Shown: positions 13,822 to 24,138, counted from the first letter of the stretch. The stretch is 64,000 nt of DNA from Octopus bimaculoides (GCF_001194135.2 NC_068986.1:22928782-22992781), one strand, 5' to 3'. Numbers and translations are program-made. The notes: generated by a model not told the origin, from the letters alone.

Positions 13822-16800
13822 ATGCGAACATGTGTACCCATGTAAGTATGCTTATATCTATATATGCAAATACATACATACATATATATATATATAAACG
13901 TATAGATATATATATCAATGTATGCATATAACTATGTGAATATATACGCTTATAAAGATATGTATACCGTGTACTACTTTATTGTCTGTGGGATATTTGT
14001 ATGTGTGTGCATCATAATTGTGTATGCATGTGTAAGTATGCACGTCCATCAATGTATGTTTAAAGGTTATATTAATAGCATTTTGACTTTGATCAAATAT
14101 TTTAAGCCATCGATATTATTTATTGCAGGGACCCCGTGGACCACCTGGAGAAGAAGGACGCATGGTGAGTAATATAACAGTTTATACGTGTGGAAATTTG
14201 CTCACATATATAGATTTATTGTTAGTCATGGAGGCGCAATGGCCCAGTGATTAGGGCAGCGGACTCGCAGTCATAGGATCACGGTTTCGATTCCCAGACC
14301 GGGCGTTGTGAGTGTTTATTGAGCGAAAACACCTAAAGCTCCACGAGGCTCCGACAGGGGATGGTGGCAAACCCTGCTGTACTCTTTCACCACAACTTTC
14401 TCTCACTCTTACTTCCTGTTTCTGTTGTGCCTGTAATTCAAAGGGTCAGCCTTGTCACACTGTGTCACGTTGAATATCCCTGAGAACTACGTTAAGGGTA
14501 CACGTGTCTGTGAAGTGCTCAGCCACTTGCATGTTAATTTCACGAGCAGGCTGTTCCGTTGATTGGATCAACTGGAACCCTCGATGTCGTAAGCGACGGA
14601 GTGCCAACATTGTTAATCATGTAGACCTACATATATGCATTACTTAAATACACACACCCTGTATATATTTTACATAAAATAAAAGCTAGAAACGTATTCT
14701 GGACATTGATGAAACTTTCGGCCCTACGAATGAACGACAGATCTTTATGTGATAGATCGACGAAGAAGAATTTGTAGCTAATTCTCCAAATCATATCATA
14801 TCGTCTTGATGATGATGATGATGATGATAAAAATAATAATGTGGATTTCTTGTATTTACCGCTGCGGCATCAGACGAAGGGCACCTTACAAGGACAGGTT
14901 ACAATTTGAATGTGTGGATTTACATCAAAGATAAGGAAAAGAAAGAGAGAGAAAGGAGAAATTAGATGAATATGAACAAATATCTATGATGCGGTTCTAC
15001 TGATACAAGACAAACTCCGACCAGTGCCCATCAAGGAACCTCCCACAGACCTAGGGTCACTTTGATTACCAAGAGAGCAAGCCCTCACCAATCTACAGGC
15101 ACATGCACAGATTAGGCCTGTTCATAATAATAATAATGATGATGATGATAATAAATACACACAGTTAGAGAAATTAAGGCAAATAGACCAGATATAGTTG
15201 TCAAAAATCAATGCCAATACACACAGATAGAGAAATTAAGGCAAATAGACCAGATATAGTTGTCAAAGATCATGAAGAACAAAAATGCTTTCTAATTGAT
15301 GTATCAATACCAGCAGATGACAACGTTTTCCTAAAAGAAATGGAAAAACTTTCAAAATACAAAGACCTGGAAATAGAGGTAACTCGAATGTAGAATCTAA
15401 AAACAGAAACAATTCCTATCATACTAGGTGCCCTAGGTATAATAAAAAAATATTCAGACAAATACATAACAAAAACACCAGGACTTACAAATATATATAA
15501 CATACAGAAAATTGCACTACTGGGCACTGCATACATCCTACGCAAAACACTTTCAATACAGTAACCATAAGAGCATCACAGCAAACCACAGCACATACCC
15601 AAGGCACACAGAGCTGCGCTCGGTAGTGAAGTGAAAGCACGTTATAAAAATAAAACTACTGAACAATAATAATAATAGAATTAGGGTGTTGAGTACTAGC
15701 GTTCAATTAAATATTGGATCATGTTTTCTACCATCACTGAATTTCTCAATTATTTCTTTTCTAGGGTATTACTGGAGCCGCTGGACCAGCTGGACCTCCC
15801 GTAAGTTGAAAGTTTAGTTTTTATTTCTGCATTTATTAGTTTATAAATTTTATATTTTCCCCATCATATAAAAAAAAAAAAAAATTGAACCCCCACTTCA
15901 TATCTTTGTTGTCGGAACTTTGTGAATGTGCGAAGCAGCTAAGACTCTCTGGCTCAACGAAATTAACTATAAATTGTTGCTGTGACCATTGTTGTAAGCA
16001 ACAAGAGAAGCACTATATAATTAGCAAAGGTATTTTTTTACTCGTGTGGGCCAACAGAAGGTACCGTTCCAATTTATTCTGTCTGGGAGGCATCTAAAAA
16101 TATCAGTTATTTTATTTTAATGCCATTAGTATATCTGCGGTATATGAGATCTGAATATAATTTAAGCAGCAGAAGATCTGAATATGATATAACTGCAGTG
16201 GAATTGAAATGAAGAATAGATTTTGATCTACTGATCAGGAATTCGCAAATTACCTAATAAGTCTTTGTTTCTTTTTTTTNNNNNNNNNNNNNNNNNNNNN
16301 NNNNNNNNNNNNNNNNNNNNNNNNNNNNNNNNNNNNNNNNNNNNNNNNNNNNNNNNNNNNNNNNNNNNNNNNNNNNNNNNNNNNNNNNNNNNNNNNNNNN
16401 NNNNNNNNNNNNNNNNNNNNNNNNNNNNNNNNNNNNNNNNNNNNNNNNNNNNNNNNNNNNNNNNNNNNNNNNNNNNNNNNNNNNNNNNNNNNNNNNNNNN
16501 NNNNNNNNNNNNNNNNNNNNNNNNNNNNNNNNNNNNNNNNNNNNNNNNNNNNNNNNNNNNNNNNNNNNNNNNNNNNNNNNNNNNNNNNNNNNNNNNNNNN
16601 NNNNNNNNNNNNNNNNNNNNNNNNNNNNNNNNNNNNNNNNNNNNNNNNNNNNNNNNNNNNNNNNNNNNNNNNNNNNNNNNNNNNNNNNNNNNNNNNNNNN
16701 NNNNNNNNNNNNNNNNNNNNNNNNNNNNNNNNNNNNNNNNNNNNNNNNNNNNNNNNNNNNNNNNNNNNNNNNNNNNNNNNNNNNNNNNNNNNNNNNNNNN

Positions 16801-17028
16801 NNNNNNNNNNNNNNNNNNNNNNNNNNNNNNNNNNNNNNNNNNNNNNNNNNNNNNNNNNNNNNNNNNNNNNNNNNNNNNNNNNNNNNNNNNNNNNNNNNNN
16901 NNNNNNNNNNNNNNNNNNNNNNNNNNNNNNNNNNNNNNNNNNNNNNNNNNNNNNNNNNNNNNNNNNNNNNNNNNNNNNNNNNNNNNNNNNNNNNNNNNNN
17001 NNNNNNNNNNNNNNNNNNNNNNNNNNNN

Positions 17029-17072
<44 letters not shown>

Positions 17073-20000
17073 TAGAAATAGGGTTATAATCCAAACTGTA
17101 TCCTCTTTAATCAAATCTACTTATTCCATCACTCCAAAATTGCATGTAGATGTTATATATGTGTAAGCTATGCGTAAGTGTTGAAAAATACTGGAAAAAG
17201 TTTTTTTTGCACATCAAAACAAGAAATCTGAAAAACAAAAATTGATATTATTTATTCACCATTACACGTGTTTCATTTGCTAATAAGAGTTACAAAATTG
17301 TACATGTAGGAAAATCATGTGTAAGATATCTACATATTCCTTTTCTTTTGGATTTTGATTCTTAAATTCAATTTCACTTCGTTATAGGGACCAAGCGGAC
17401 CATCTGCTGCTTACTCAGCCAACCACATCAACAACTGGTTTACTAAGGGCCCTGATCCTTACATGGTAAGTTCTTCTTCTTCTTCTTCTTCTTCTTCTTC
17501 TTCTTCTTCTTCTTCTTCTTCTTCTTCTTCTTCTTCTTCTTCTTCTTCAAGTCCATTACCTAACTGCTCTTTATTGATAGTACTAGGACTGACGAGGCGA
17601 GTGAAAGTAAAAAAGACAAAGTGTAAAAGGCGACTTAGATGCTGAACACAAGCGACACTTTATTTTCAACAAGAGTAGTAAACCAATTTTTTGATAAACT
17701 AAACTTTCACACTGTAGAATGGAGGGAATTGTTTTAAATGCTAAAATACCTACTGGTTATTTTCAGATATTGCAGAACAAGTGTAAATTTTAAACCTTTC
17801 TAAAGAATCACTGAAAGTTCATTCGTGCAGTGACATTAAAAATTAACTCTAATATCTAAATAGAACCCAATAGTAGTCCTTAACATATCAATACATACCA
17901 ACACATGGCAGTTTTTCATTAGATATGCATATATTATTATGTCAATGTACAATATCTCATGTTACATTAAGATATTAAGAAATATGAATTGATTTTAATC
18001 CGCGTATTATAAAAAAGACACTTGGTCCTAGTTAGAGTAAGCTTCATTATATGTATATATTATACCAGTAATATTTCAACATTTGTTATCTTCTCTTATC
18101 TTTTCTAGCAAGATCAAAACCAGGAACACGTGAGTATAAATAACTTATATTAATAAATACAGTTACACGAACTGCACATACGCATACACAAATTTTGGTA
18201 TTCATGCGATAGGCAGAAAATTGTTTACCAATATTCCACAATTATATCCCTCAACTATATTACACAGATCTAGGTAAAATCTGGAACCTGGAATTGATTG
18301 TGATATGCTACATCGGCAAAAAAACTAATTCATAGAGAAATTCAGTGAAATGATTTGCCGTGAAGATTGATATAATCTAACGTTTCGGACTCAGGTCATT
18401 CTTCAAGGAGAGAGAGACTATAAGGATGCAAAACTGCAAAATCGTCTTCGATTATTAACCAACCATCAAACTGTGAACAAGCGATACTCCCCGACCCACA
18501 AGTTATTTGATTCTATAATGTTACTAAATCATCTTTAAAGAGTAAAATTTCTAAACCCACCTCAGATTGTTTACTTACGATAACAAACCTAAAGCAGAAA
18601 GAACGGTTTCTATCTATTTTAATACTTATACATACATGCATACATACATACATGCACACAAACATATATATNNNNNNNNNNNNNNNNNNNNNNNNNNNNN
18701 NNNNNNNNNNNNNNNNNNNNNNNNNNNNNNNNNNNNNNNNNNNNNNNNNNNNNNNNNNNNNNNNNNNNNNNNNNNNNNNNNNNNNNNNNNNNNNNNNNNN
18801 NNNNNNNNNNNNNNNNNNNNNNNNNNNNNNNNNNNNNNNNNNNNNNNNNNNNNNNNNNNNNNNNNNNNNNNNNNNNNNNNNNNNNNNNNNNNNNNNNNNN
18901 NTATGTTTGTGTGTCTGTGTATGTCCCCCACCATCGCTTGACAACCGATGTTGGCGAGTTTACGTCCCCGTAGCTTAGCGGCTCGGCAAAAGCAACCGAT
19001 AGAATAAGTACTTGGCTTACAAAGAATAAAGTCCTGGGATCGATTTATTCAACTAAAGGCGGTGCTCCAGCATGGCCGCGGTAAAATGACTGAAACAAAT
19101 AAAGAATAAAAGAATATACGATATACATACAAATCTACATATATACACATTTATATCTACACGCGAACACATATAAACAAACATATATGCATATATTATA
19201 TAATTAGCTATTTTAAACACACACACGCATATATATTATACTTATTATGTATGCAATATATATAATGGTTTGTCCTACAGAGTCCTACCGTCATTGAAAC
19301 TCTCAGCCAATTGAAGAAAACTTTCAAAGAGTTAAAGAATCCAACAGGCACACCAGAATCCCCAGCCAAGACTTGTAAAGATCTTGCCGAGCACTACCCA
19401 GATTATCAAGATGGTAAGTATACATCTTTTCACTAAATATTGAATTTGTTTTCCATACTTCAAGTAGAATATCTAAGAATGAAACGCTTTAGTTCGATCA
19501 AGGTCAGTCCTGAGAGAGTAAGCTCATGATCGAAGATGTTGCAACAGTAGCCATCTTTTTATTTAAAACAATCTATTGCTGACTAGATTATTTTAATATA
19601 TCAATTCATTGCTAAAAACAACTTGCAGTCCACCTCTACAATAACAACAACGACATTATTAATTTCTTCTGTTAACCAAATGGATATCAGGTGTGGGAGA
19701 CATAAAAGGACGAGTTTATATTTGTGTGTCGGGAGCTGCAAGGAAGAAAAAGAAAGAGGAAAGGGAAACGAGATACAAAGTATACATAGCACAGAAAATT
19801 TGTGAACGCATGGATGATGTAGTTCTGATATATGAAATTTCCAGGCGTGGCTGTGTGGTAAGAAGCTTGCTTCGAAACCACATAATTTCAGGCTCAGTGT
19901 GTTTACGTTCCCAGTTAGTCAAGAGAGTATCGATTGAATAAGTACCAGGTTTAAAAAGAAAATAATTACTGGGTTCGATTAGTTCGACTAAAATTCATCA

Positions 20001-21895
20001 AGGCAGTGGTGCCCCAGCATGGCCGCAGTCTAATGACTGAAACAAGTAAAAGATAAAAGATAAGGCCAATCAAAGAACACAACAGATCCGATATCTTCCT
20101 GTCTATTAAGGGAACGATCCCTCGCCCCACTGTTTTTCATCATTCTACAAACGCATACATCAGTCCATTCATTCTAACCAGCTTTGCTTCAGTTACCTAT
20201 ATTTTCGTCAGTTAACCACCCTTTGATAAATTTATTCAACAATATTTCTTCTCATTTTTTCCTTACAGATTTCTATTTCATCGATCCTAATGGTGGAACC
20301 GTAATTGATGCCGCCAGAGTTTATTGTAAAATAAGCACAAAAGAAACCTGCGTTGTTCCTTCACCTATAAAGGTAATGTTATCTCACTATTCTTCTTGTT
20401 TATATAGTATTTATAATAAGTGCACTATCTTCCATAGTAAAGTAATTTTAATTTCTCTCTACAGAACATTCTACAGAACATTCGATGTTTAAAAAAGTTC
20501 TTCGTATATTTATAATTAAATATTGTTCGGAATTATGTAAAAATTAAGATATTTTGTTTATTGCTGAAATATAGCCAATTCATTTCTCATAAATTTTAAC
20601 AGCAAGATCTTATATAAACCCACTCAAAGTTGTTGGCCTTGTGTCTACATCCGTAACCATTGTTTAGTCTGTCGTCTTACTTTCTGATTGTGTCGGCCAA
20701 AGACGTCTTGACTTTTCATTCCAAGGGGCGATTACATTAGTAAAAAAGTAATGTAATTAATTCTGCTGCATCAATTAAACCTCCCTTTGTATTACATTTA
20801 TTTACCCTAATACTAAAGAAAAGAAAATTTTTTTAAATAAATAATGATGTCGACATTTATATTGAAAACATATAAAATGTTACTTTCCTTGTAATATTTT
20901 TTTCAGCACAAGAAACCAAGCGAGATCTATGCACCTGGTGAAGATTACTTGCAAGTAACTAAAAACGAAGGAGTAAGTATAGGTTTATAATTTATATGAA
21001 TTTATTTTATTAAAAACTAGTAGTAATATCCGTCGTTGATTGGGTAACTACTTTTTCTACTTCTCGGGCCGAGAAGCTAGAAAACTGGGTATATCGTATG
21101 GGAGAATAGCTTTACGGAATCCAGGTGATTGCGATGGCACTGAAACGGCTGTAAGTCAAGTGGAACATCCATTTGTCACTGTTCCTTTTGACGTTTGAAT
21201 AGGCGGTATGCCAAAGGAGAATTGAAAGATTCAGTTTGAACGTGAATGAAGCTAGAAGAATAGCTATATCATATAGAAGACTAGCTTTACGGAATCCTGG
21301 TGACAGCGATGGCACTGAGAAGGCCACAGGTGAAGTGGAAGACGCATTTGTCATGGTTTCTTTTGATATTTGAATAGGCCGTATGCCCAAGGAGAATTGA
21401 AAGATTCAGTTTCGAATCTGAACGAGGGTGAGACTATGGTTATAGATTTAGGTTTACTTATCCTGTATGTGTGTATTATATAAGAGAAAGACGTAATAAT
21501 TGAAGCAGAAAAAAGCTGGATTTCATATACGAATTTCTGTTTGTTCTTCAAGTTGCAATCTAGCAACTTTTAGTGTTTGATCCTGAGATTTATTAATGCT
21601 CATGGCAAAAGGAAGTGGGATAGGAAACTGTAACGGCTTAAATTGGAATGGGACATTTGATGGTGTAGCTGGTATGCGAGAAACGAAGACAGTATCACCT
21701 TTACCACAACCAGTGAGAATATTTGCCTCAAAAATAGTTTCTCATAGGTTTGTGCACAATTAGTGTCGCACCATTGCATAACTTTTGTTGCGATAAAATA
21801 AGCAAAAGCATAATAGGAAATATAGCCTCCCTTGAATCAGTTACTTTCATTTTGGTGGACAAACAACGAACAAACACGCAAACGGACAGAGATTC

Positions 21896-21932
<37 letters not shown>

Positions 21933-21964
21933 TTATTGAGATTGTTTGAGTACACAAACGCACA

Positions 21965-22006
<42 letters not shown>

Positions 22007-22733
22007 CTCTCTCTCTCACACACACACACATACAGGCATATATATAAACATGCACACACACGCGCACACACACACAAACACAAATATATATGTATATATG
22101 TGTACATAACTGGTCACAAATACATACTTTATATTTCCATCTCTCTTTCTCTTTCCCCACCACTCTCTCTCTATCATTACATGAATATATACATATACAC
22201 ATAAAAACATACATACAAATGCACATACAAACGTAAGTGGATACCAACATGCATACACCAAGAACTTATGACGTATACACGTACACGCATAAACAAATAA
22301 GAGATTGTACATTTGTTAATTTCTTCCTAATATTTTCATATATATATTTCTCCTTGTACATTTGTTAATTGCTTCCTAATATTTTCGTATATATCTCTCC
22401 TTCTACAGTTCAGCTACAAGGCTGATGGCCGTCAAATTAAGATGTTGCAAGTTTTACATCAAAAAGCTTCACAGAACGTTACTTTCCATTGCCGCAATAC
22501 TTTTGCTCATAAAAACGCTCAGACTGGCAGTACAAGCAAAGGTCTCCAATTTGAAGATTATGATGAAAATACGCTAAAATCCACAGGCATCGCACGATAC
22601 TCTGTTATAAGTGATGGATGTCAGGTAATTTTATATCGATTTTCTGCAATTTAATTCACATGTTTATGTACTATCTTTTAGTGTGAGGAACAGACAACCT
22701 CAGAATAACAAGCTTTTACAATATCCCAACCCC

Positions 22734-22777
<44 letters not shown>

Positions 22778-23356
22778 TATTGGTACGCCGTCAGTTACGA
22801 TAGCGAGGGTTCCAGTTATTCCGATCAACGGAACAGTCTGCTCGTGAAATTAATGTACAAATGGATGAGCACTCTACAAACACGTGTACCTTTAACGTAG
22901 GTGTTTTGGGAGATTCAGCGCGACACAAGGCTGGCCCTTTGAACTGCAGGTACTACTCATTTTTGCTGGCGGAGTGACTTGAACAACGTGAAACAAAGCG
23001 TCTTGCTCAAGGACACAACGCGTCGCCGGGAATTGAACTCACGACCTTGTAATCGTAAACTAAATACCCTAACCATTAAGCCACGCTCCTACACACACAT
23101 ACGCACACACAAACACAGCATACAAATATCATATACACCAAGGGACATGCTCAACTGGTTAAGGTCAAACAACTGACAAGCAAATCTGTGGTATTAAGCA
23201 GAATATTTGCTGTAGTCTATTTTTTTATCCCAAGACAAAACAATGTACATGATAACACTTCCAATCAATTAAGATCAGAAACCATGAGAGCCACTGCCTG
23301 GTACTGCATCCGGGTATTATTTATTGTTATTATTATTATTGTTGTTGTCGTTGTTG

Positions 23357-23418
<62 letters not shown>

Positions 23419-23570
23419 TTCAGCACAAGACCAACAAGTTTGAGAAAACTGTGATAGAAATCAATCTTGACTATCCAACGAAGTTGCCAATCAGGAATAT
23501 TCAGGTTCGTGACTATGGCAAAGATGAACAAGACTTCTTTGTGGAATTGGGACAAGTCTGCTTTAGCTAA
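122..23570 (+). CDS. Fibrillar procollagen alpha chain, 3' part (23 exons; 5' end outside window)
   Basis: GT-AG exons of 54/108/162/216 bp in phase 0 encode Gly-X-Y repeats, the KGHRG helical crosslink motif, telopeptide KGPDP and a COLFI domain ending QVCFS-stop. Manual register matches the C-terminal ~45% of the human alpha1(I) helix. Confidence 0.97.
535..588 (+). CDS. Collagen exon b (54 bp) [18 protein letters not shown]
   Basis: ttag / gtgagt boundaries, 6 GXY triplets. Confidence 0.95.
735..1042 (+). mobile_element. SINE family E
   Basis: CTTGAGCAAGACAC...CTCCAGTTCACTCAGCTGTAGAAA...; colinear reverse copy at 34085-34390. Confidence 0.7.
1744..1797 (+). CDS. Collagen exon c (54 bp) [18 protein letters not shown]
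   Basis: cag / gtaagt boundaries, 6 GXY. Confidence 0.95.
2640..2801 (+). CDS. Collagen exon d (162 bp) GPDGIRGKR...GEIGIK
   Basis: tag / gtaaat boundaries, 18 GXY. Confidence 0.95.
3116..3192 (+). CDS. Collagen exon e, truncated by assembly gap (GSRGEQGYA...GIPG; expected 108 bp)
   Basis: cag acceptor, GXY reading runs into N at 3193; length expected from register with human alpha1(I). Confidence 0.9.
4604..4711 (+). CDS. Collagen exon f (108 bp) [15 protein letters not shown]...GPLGPH
   Basis: tag / gtatgt boundaries, 12 GXY. Confidence 0.95.
6318..6425 (+). CDS. Collagen exon g (108 bp) GDPGDPGQA...GEAGQV
   Basis: aag / gtaagt boundaries, 12 GXY. Confidence 0.95.
6690..6890 (+). mobile_element. 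3' end of a third REL-endonuclease LINE family
   Basis: Reads [20 protein letters not shown]...GTVKICKTF; embedded in (CATA)n. Confidence 0.6.
7206..7313 (+). CDS. Collagen exon h (108 bp) GNPGPDGEI...GTVGLP
   Basis: tag / gtaagt boundaries, 12 GXY. Confidence 0.95.
8199..8252 (+). CDS. Collagen exon i (54 bp) [18 protein letters not shown]
   Basis: tag / gtatgt boundaries, 6 GXY. Confidence 0.95.
8794..8847 (+). CDS. Collagen exon j (54 bp) [18 protein letters not shown]
   Basis: tag / gtaagt boundaries, 6 GXY. Confidence 0.95.
9648..9701 (+). CDS. Collagen exon k (54 bp) [18 protein letters not shown]
   Basis: tag / gtaagt boundaries, 6 GXY. Confidence 0.95.
11047..11100 (+). CDS. Collagen exon l (54 bp) [18 protein letters not shown], helical crosslink site
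   Basis: tag / gtgagt boundaries; KGHRG motif conserved in fibrillar collagens. Confidence 0.96.
11508..11841. mobile_element. hAT (Charlie-type) MITE A
   Basis: Ends (TACAA)GTTCTCAA...TTGAGAACCTCTG; 8-bp flanks GTCTATAC on both sides. Confidence 0.8.
11850..12087. mobile_element. hAT MITE B
   Basis: CGATGGTTCTCAA...TTGAGAAACAATG; flanks GTCTATAC / GTCTAGAC; related copy at 26315-26629. Confidence 0.8.
12096..12342. mobile_element. hAT MITE C
   Basis: CAGTGGTTCCCAAA...TTTGAGAACTACTG; flanks GTCTAGAC / GTCTATAC. Confidence 0.82.
12461..12514 (+). CDS. Collagen exon m (54 bp) [18 protein letters not shown]
   Basis: tag / gtaagt boundaries, 6 GXY. Confidence 0.95.
13455..13526 (+). CDS. Collagen exon n (72 bp) [24 protein letters not shown]
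   Basis: tag / gtaagt boundaries, 8 GXY. Confidence 0.95.
14129..14164 (+). CDS. Collagen exon o (36 bp) [12 protein letters not shown]
   Basis: cag / gtgagt boundaries, 4 GXY. Confidence 0.94.
14230..14608 (+). mobile_element. tRNA-derived SINE family A, full length
   Basis: A-box TGGCCCAGTG, B-box GGTTTCGATTCCC; TSD ATTGTTAGTCATG / ATTGTTAATCATG; near-identical to 46695 and 50795 copies. Confidence 0.9.
15154..15660 (+). mobile_element. 5'-truncated non-LTR retrotransposon, restriction-like endonuclease region (R4/Dong-like)
   Basis: RPDIVV...FLIDVSIP...KYKDL...IPIILGALG motif; flanked by (TAA)n. Confidence 0.8.
15765..15800 (+). CDS. Collagen exon p (36 bp) [12 protein letters not shown]
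   Basis: tag / gtaagt boundaries, 4 GXY. Confidence 0.94.
17388..17465 (+). CDS. Collagen exon q (78 bp): helix end and C-telopeptide [26 protein letters not shown]
   Basis: tag / gtaagt boundaries; KGPDP telopeptide crosslink lysine motif. Confidence 0.93.
17471..17548. repeat. (TTC)26 microsatellite abutting collagen donor site
   Basis: Direct inspection. Confidence 0.95.
18109..18129 (+). CDS. Collagen microexon r (21 bp) QDQNQEH
   Basis: Long pyrimidine tract + tag acceptor, CAC/GTGAGT donor, phase 0-0; supplies the Asp expected after YMQ. Confidence 0.8.
19281..19413 (+). CDS. Collagen COLFI exon s (133 bp) [11 protein letters not shown]...[17 protein letters not shown]
   Basis: cag / gtaagt boundaries; PAKTCKDL motif. 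Confidence 0.95.
20269..20372 (+). CDS. Collagen COLFI exon t (104 bp) (D)[34 protein letters not shown]
   Basis: cag / gtaatg boundaries; IDPN...DA..VYC...ETCV motif; phase fits neighbours. Confidence 0.95.
20907..20972 (+). CDS. Collagen COLFI exon u (66 bp) [22 protein letters not shown]
   Basis: tttcag / gtaagt boundaries, phase 0-0, open frame in the variable region of COLFI. Confidence 0.85.
21073..21417. repeat. Diverged tandem duplication, 175-bp period, in collagen intron
   Basis: Two indel-free copies starting 21073 and 21248. Confidence 0.85.
22409..22624 (+). CDS. Collagen COLFI exon v (216 bp) [30 protein letters not shown]...DGCQ
   Basis: cag / gtaatt boundaries; ASQNVTFHC and DGC motifs. 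Confidence 0.96.
22780..23088 (-). mobile_element. SINE family D (different head, same 3' tail as family A)
   Basis: Tail matches reverse complement of family A tail; second copy at 42387-42690. Confidence 0.75.
23316..23417. repeat. (ATT/GTT)n microsatellite abutting collagen terminal acceptor
   Basis: Direct inspection. Confidence 0.95.
23424..23570 (+). CDS. Collagen terminal exon [12 protein letters not shown]...[12 protein letters not shown]...GQVCFS-stop
   Basis: cag acceptor, KTVIE / LPI / G.VCF motifs, TAA at 23568-23570. Confidence 0.96.
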   Translation, partial: HKTNKFEKTVIEINLDYPTKLPIRNIQVRDYGKDEQDFFVELGQVCFS

Positions 23571-23969
23571 ATTGTCAGGGAATTTTATTTTAATATTTGA
23601 CTAACTACATCTACGTCTGATGTCAAATCCACATTGATAACACCAAAAGTGGATCTCATATCCTGTCAATTCTGGATAAAAAATATTAATGTTAAACCTG
23701 GAAGCAGAGTCAACTCTTCACACCTTTTTACGCTCATAAACAGTTCGCCATCTTTTCGCGTGCACCTGACACCGAACAGTTGTTGAAATTCTGGGGTATC
23801 TGCGTCTAATACACGCTTACCCTAAGTTCCCTTAGAGCGTCTTCTGATTTCGCAATGGTGCAAATGTAAATAAGAAAGCAATGAGTTGATTCTGGTTTCA
23901 TAACATTGCTGAAATGTTAAGTTCCATCTTGCCCACGTCGGACATTTGCTGAGACAAAAAAAGAAAGAA

Positions 23970-23975
23970 AATAAA
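23970..23975 (+). terminator. Candidate collagen polyadenylation signal AATAAA
   Basis: AATAAA ~400 bp after the stop, followed by a T/GT-rich stretch near 24001-24021; not unique in AT-rich DNA. Confidence 0.3.
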
Positions 23976-24138
23976 ATTTGGAATTTTAGAAAAAAACAAA
24001 TGTCTTGGTCTTATTTTATTTCACTGAATTCTGTGACTTGCGTTGGTTTCTTTAATACTGAATATTATCTTGTAAAATTTGATTTATAACATCCGACACA
24101 TACAGTGCACCTAAGCACTGCTTGCAAGTTCGTTATTG

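Noticed and set aside
14230-14296. tRNA-like sequence with A and B boxes
   Set aside because: It is the head of a SINE with body, tail and TSD; no complete cloverleaf, so not a tRNA gene.
17589-17610. CTGACGA...GAAA motif
   Set aside because: No pairing for any hammerhead stem; chance match.
18376-18410. Penelope-type hammerhead-like motif on minus (UUGAAGA...CCGAAACGUUA)
   Set aside because: C3 is altered and no stem I pairing exists; at best a dead remnant.
22305-22400. 49-bp tandem duplication of the branch point and pyrimidine tract before a COLFI exon
   Set aside because: The first copy has no AG, so no alternative acceptor is created; ordinary slippage duplication.
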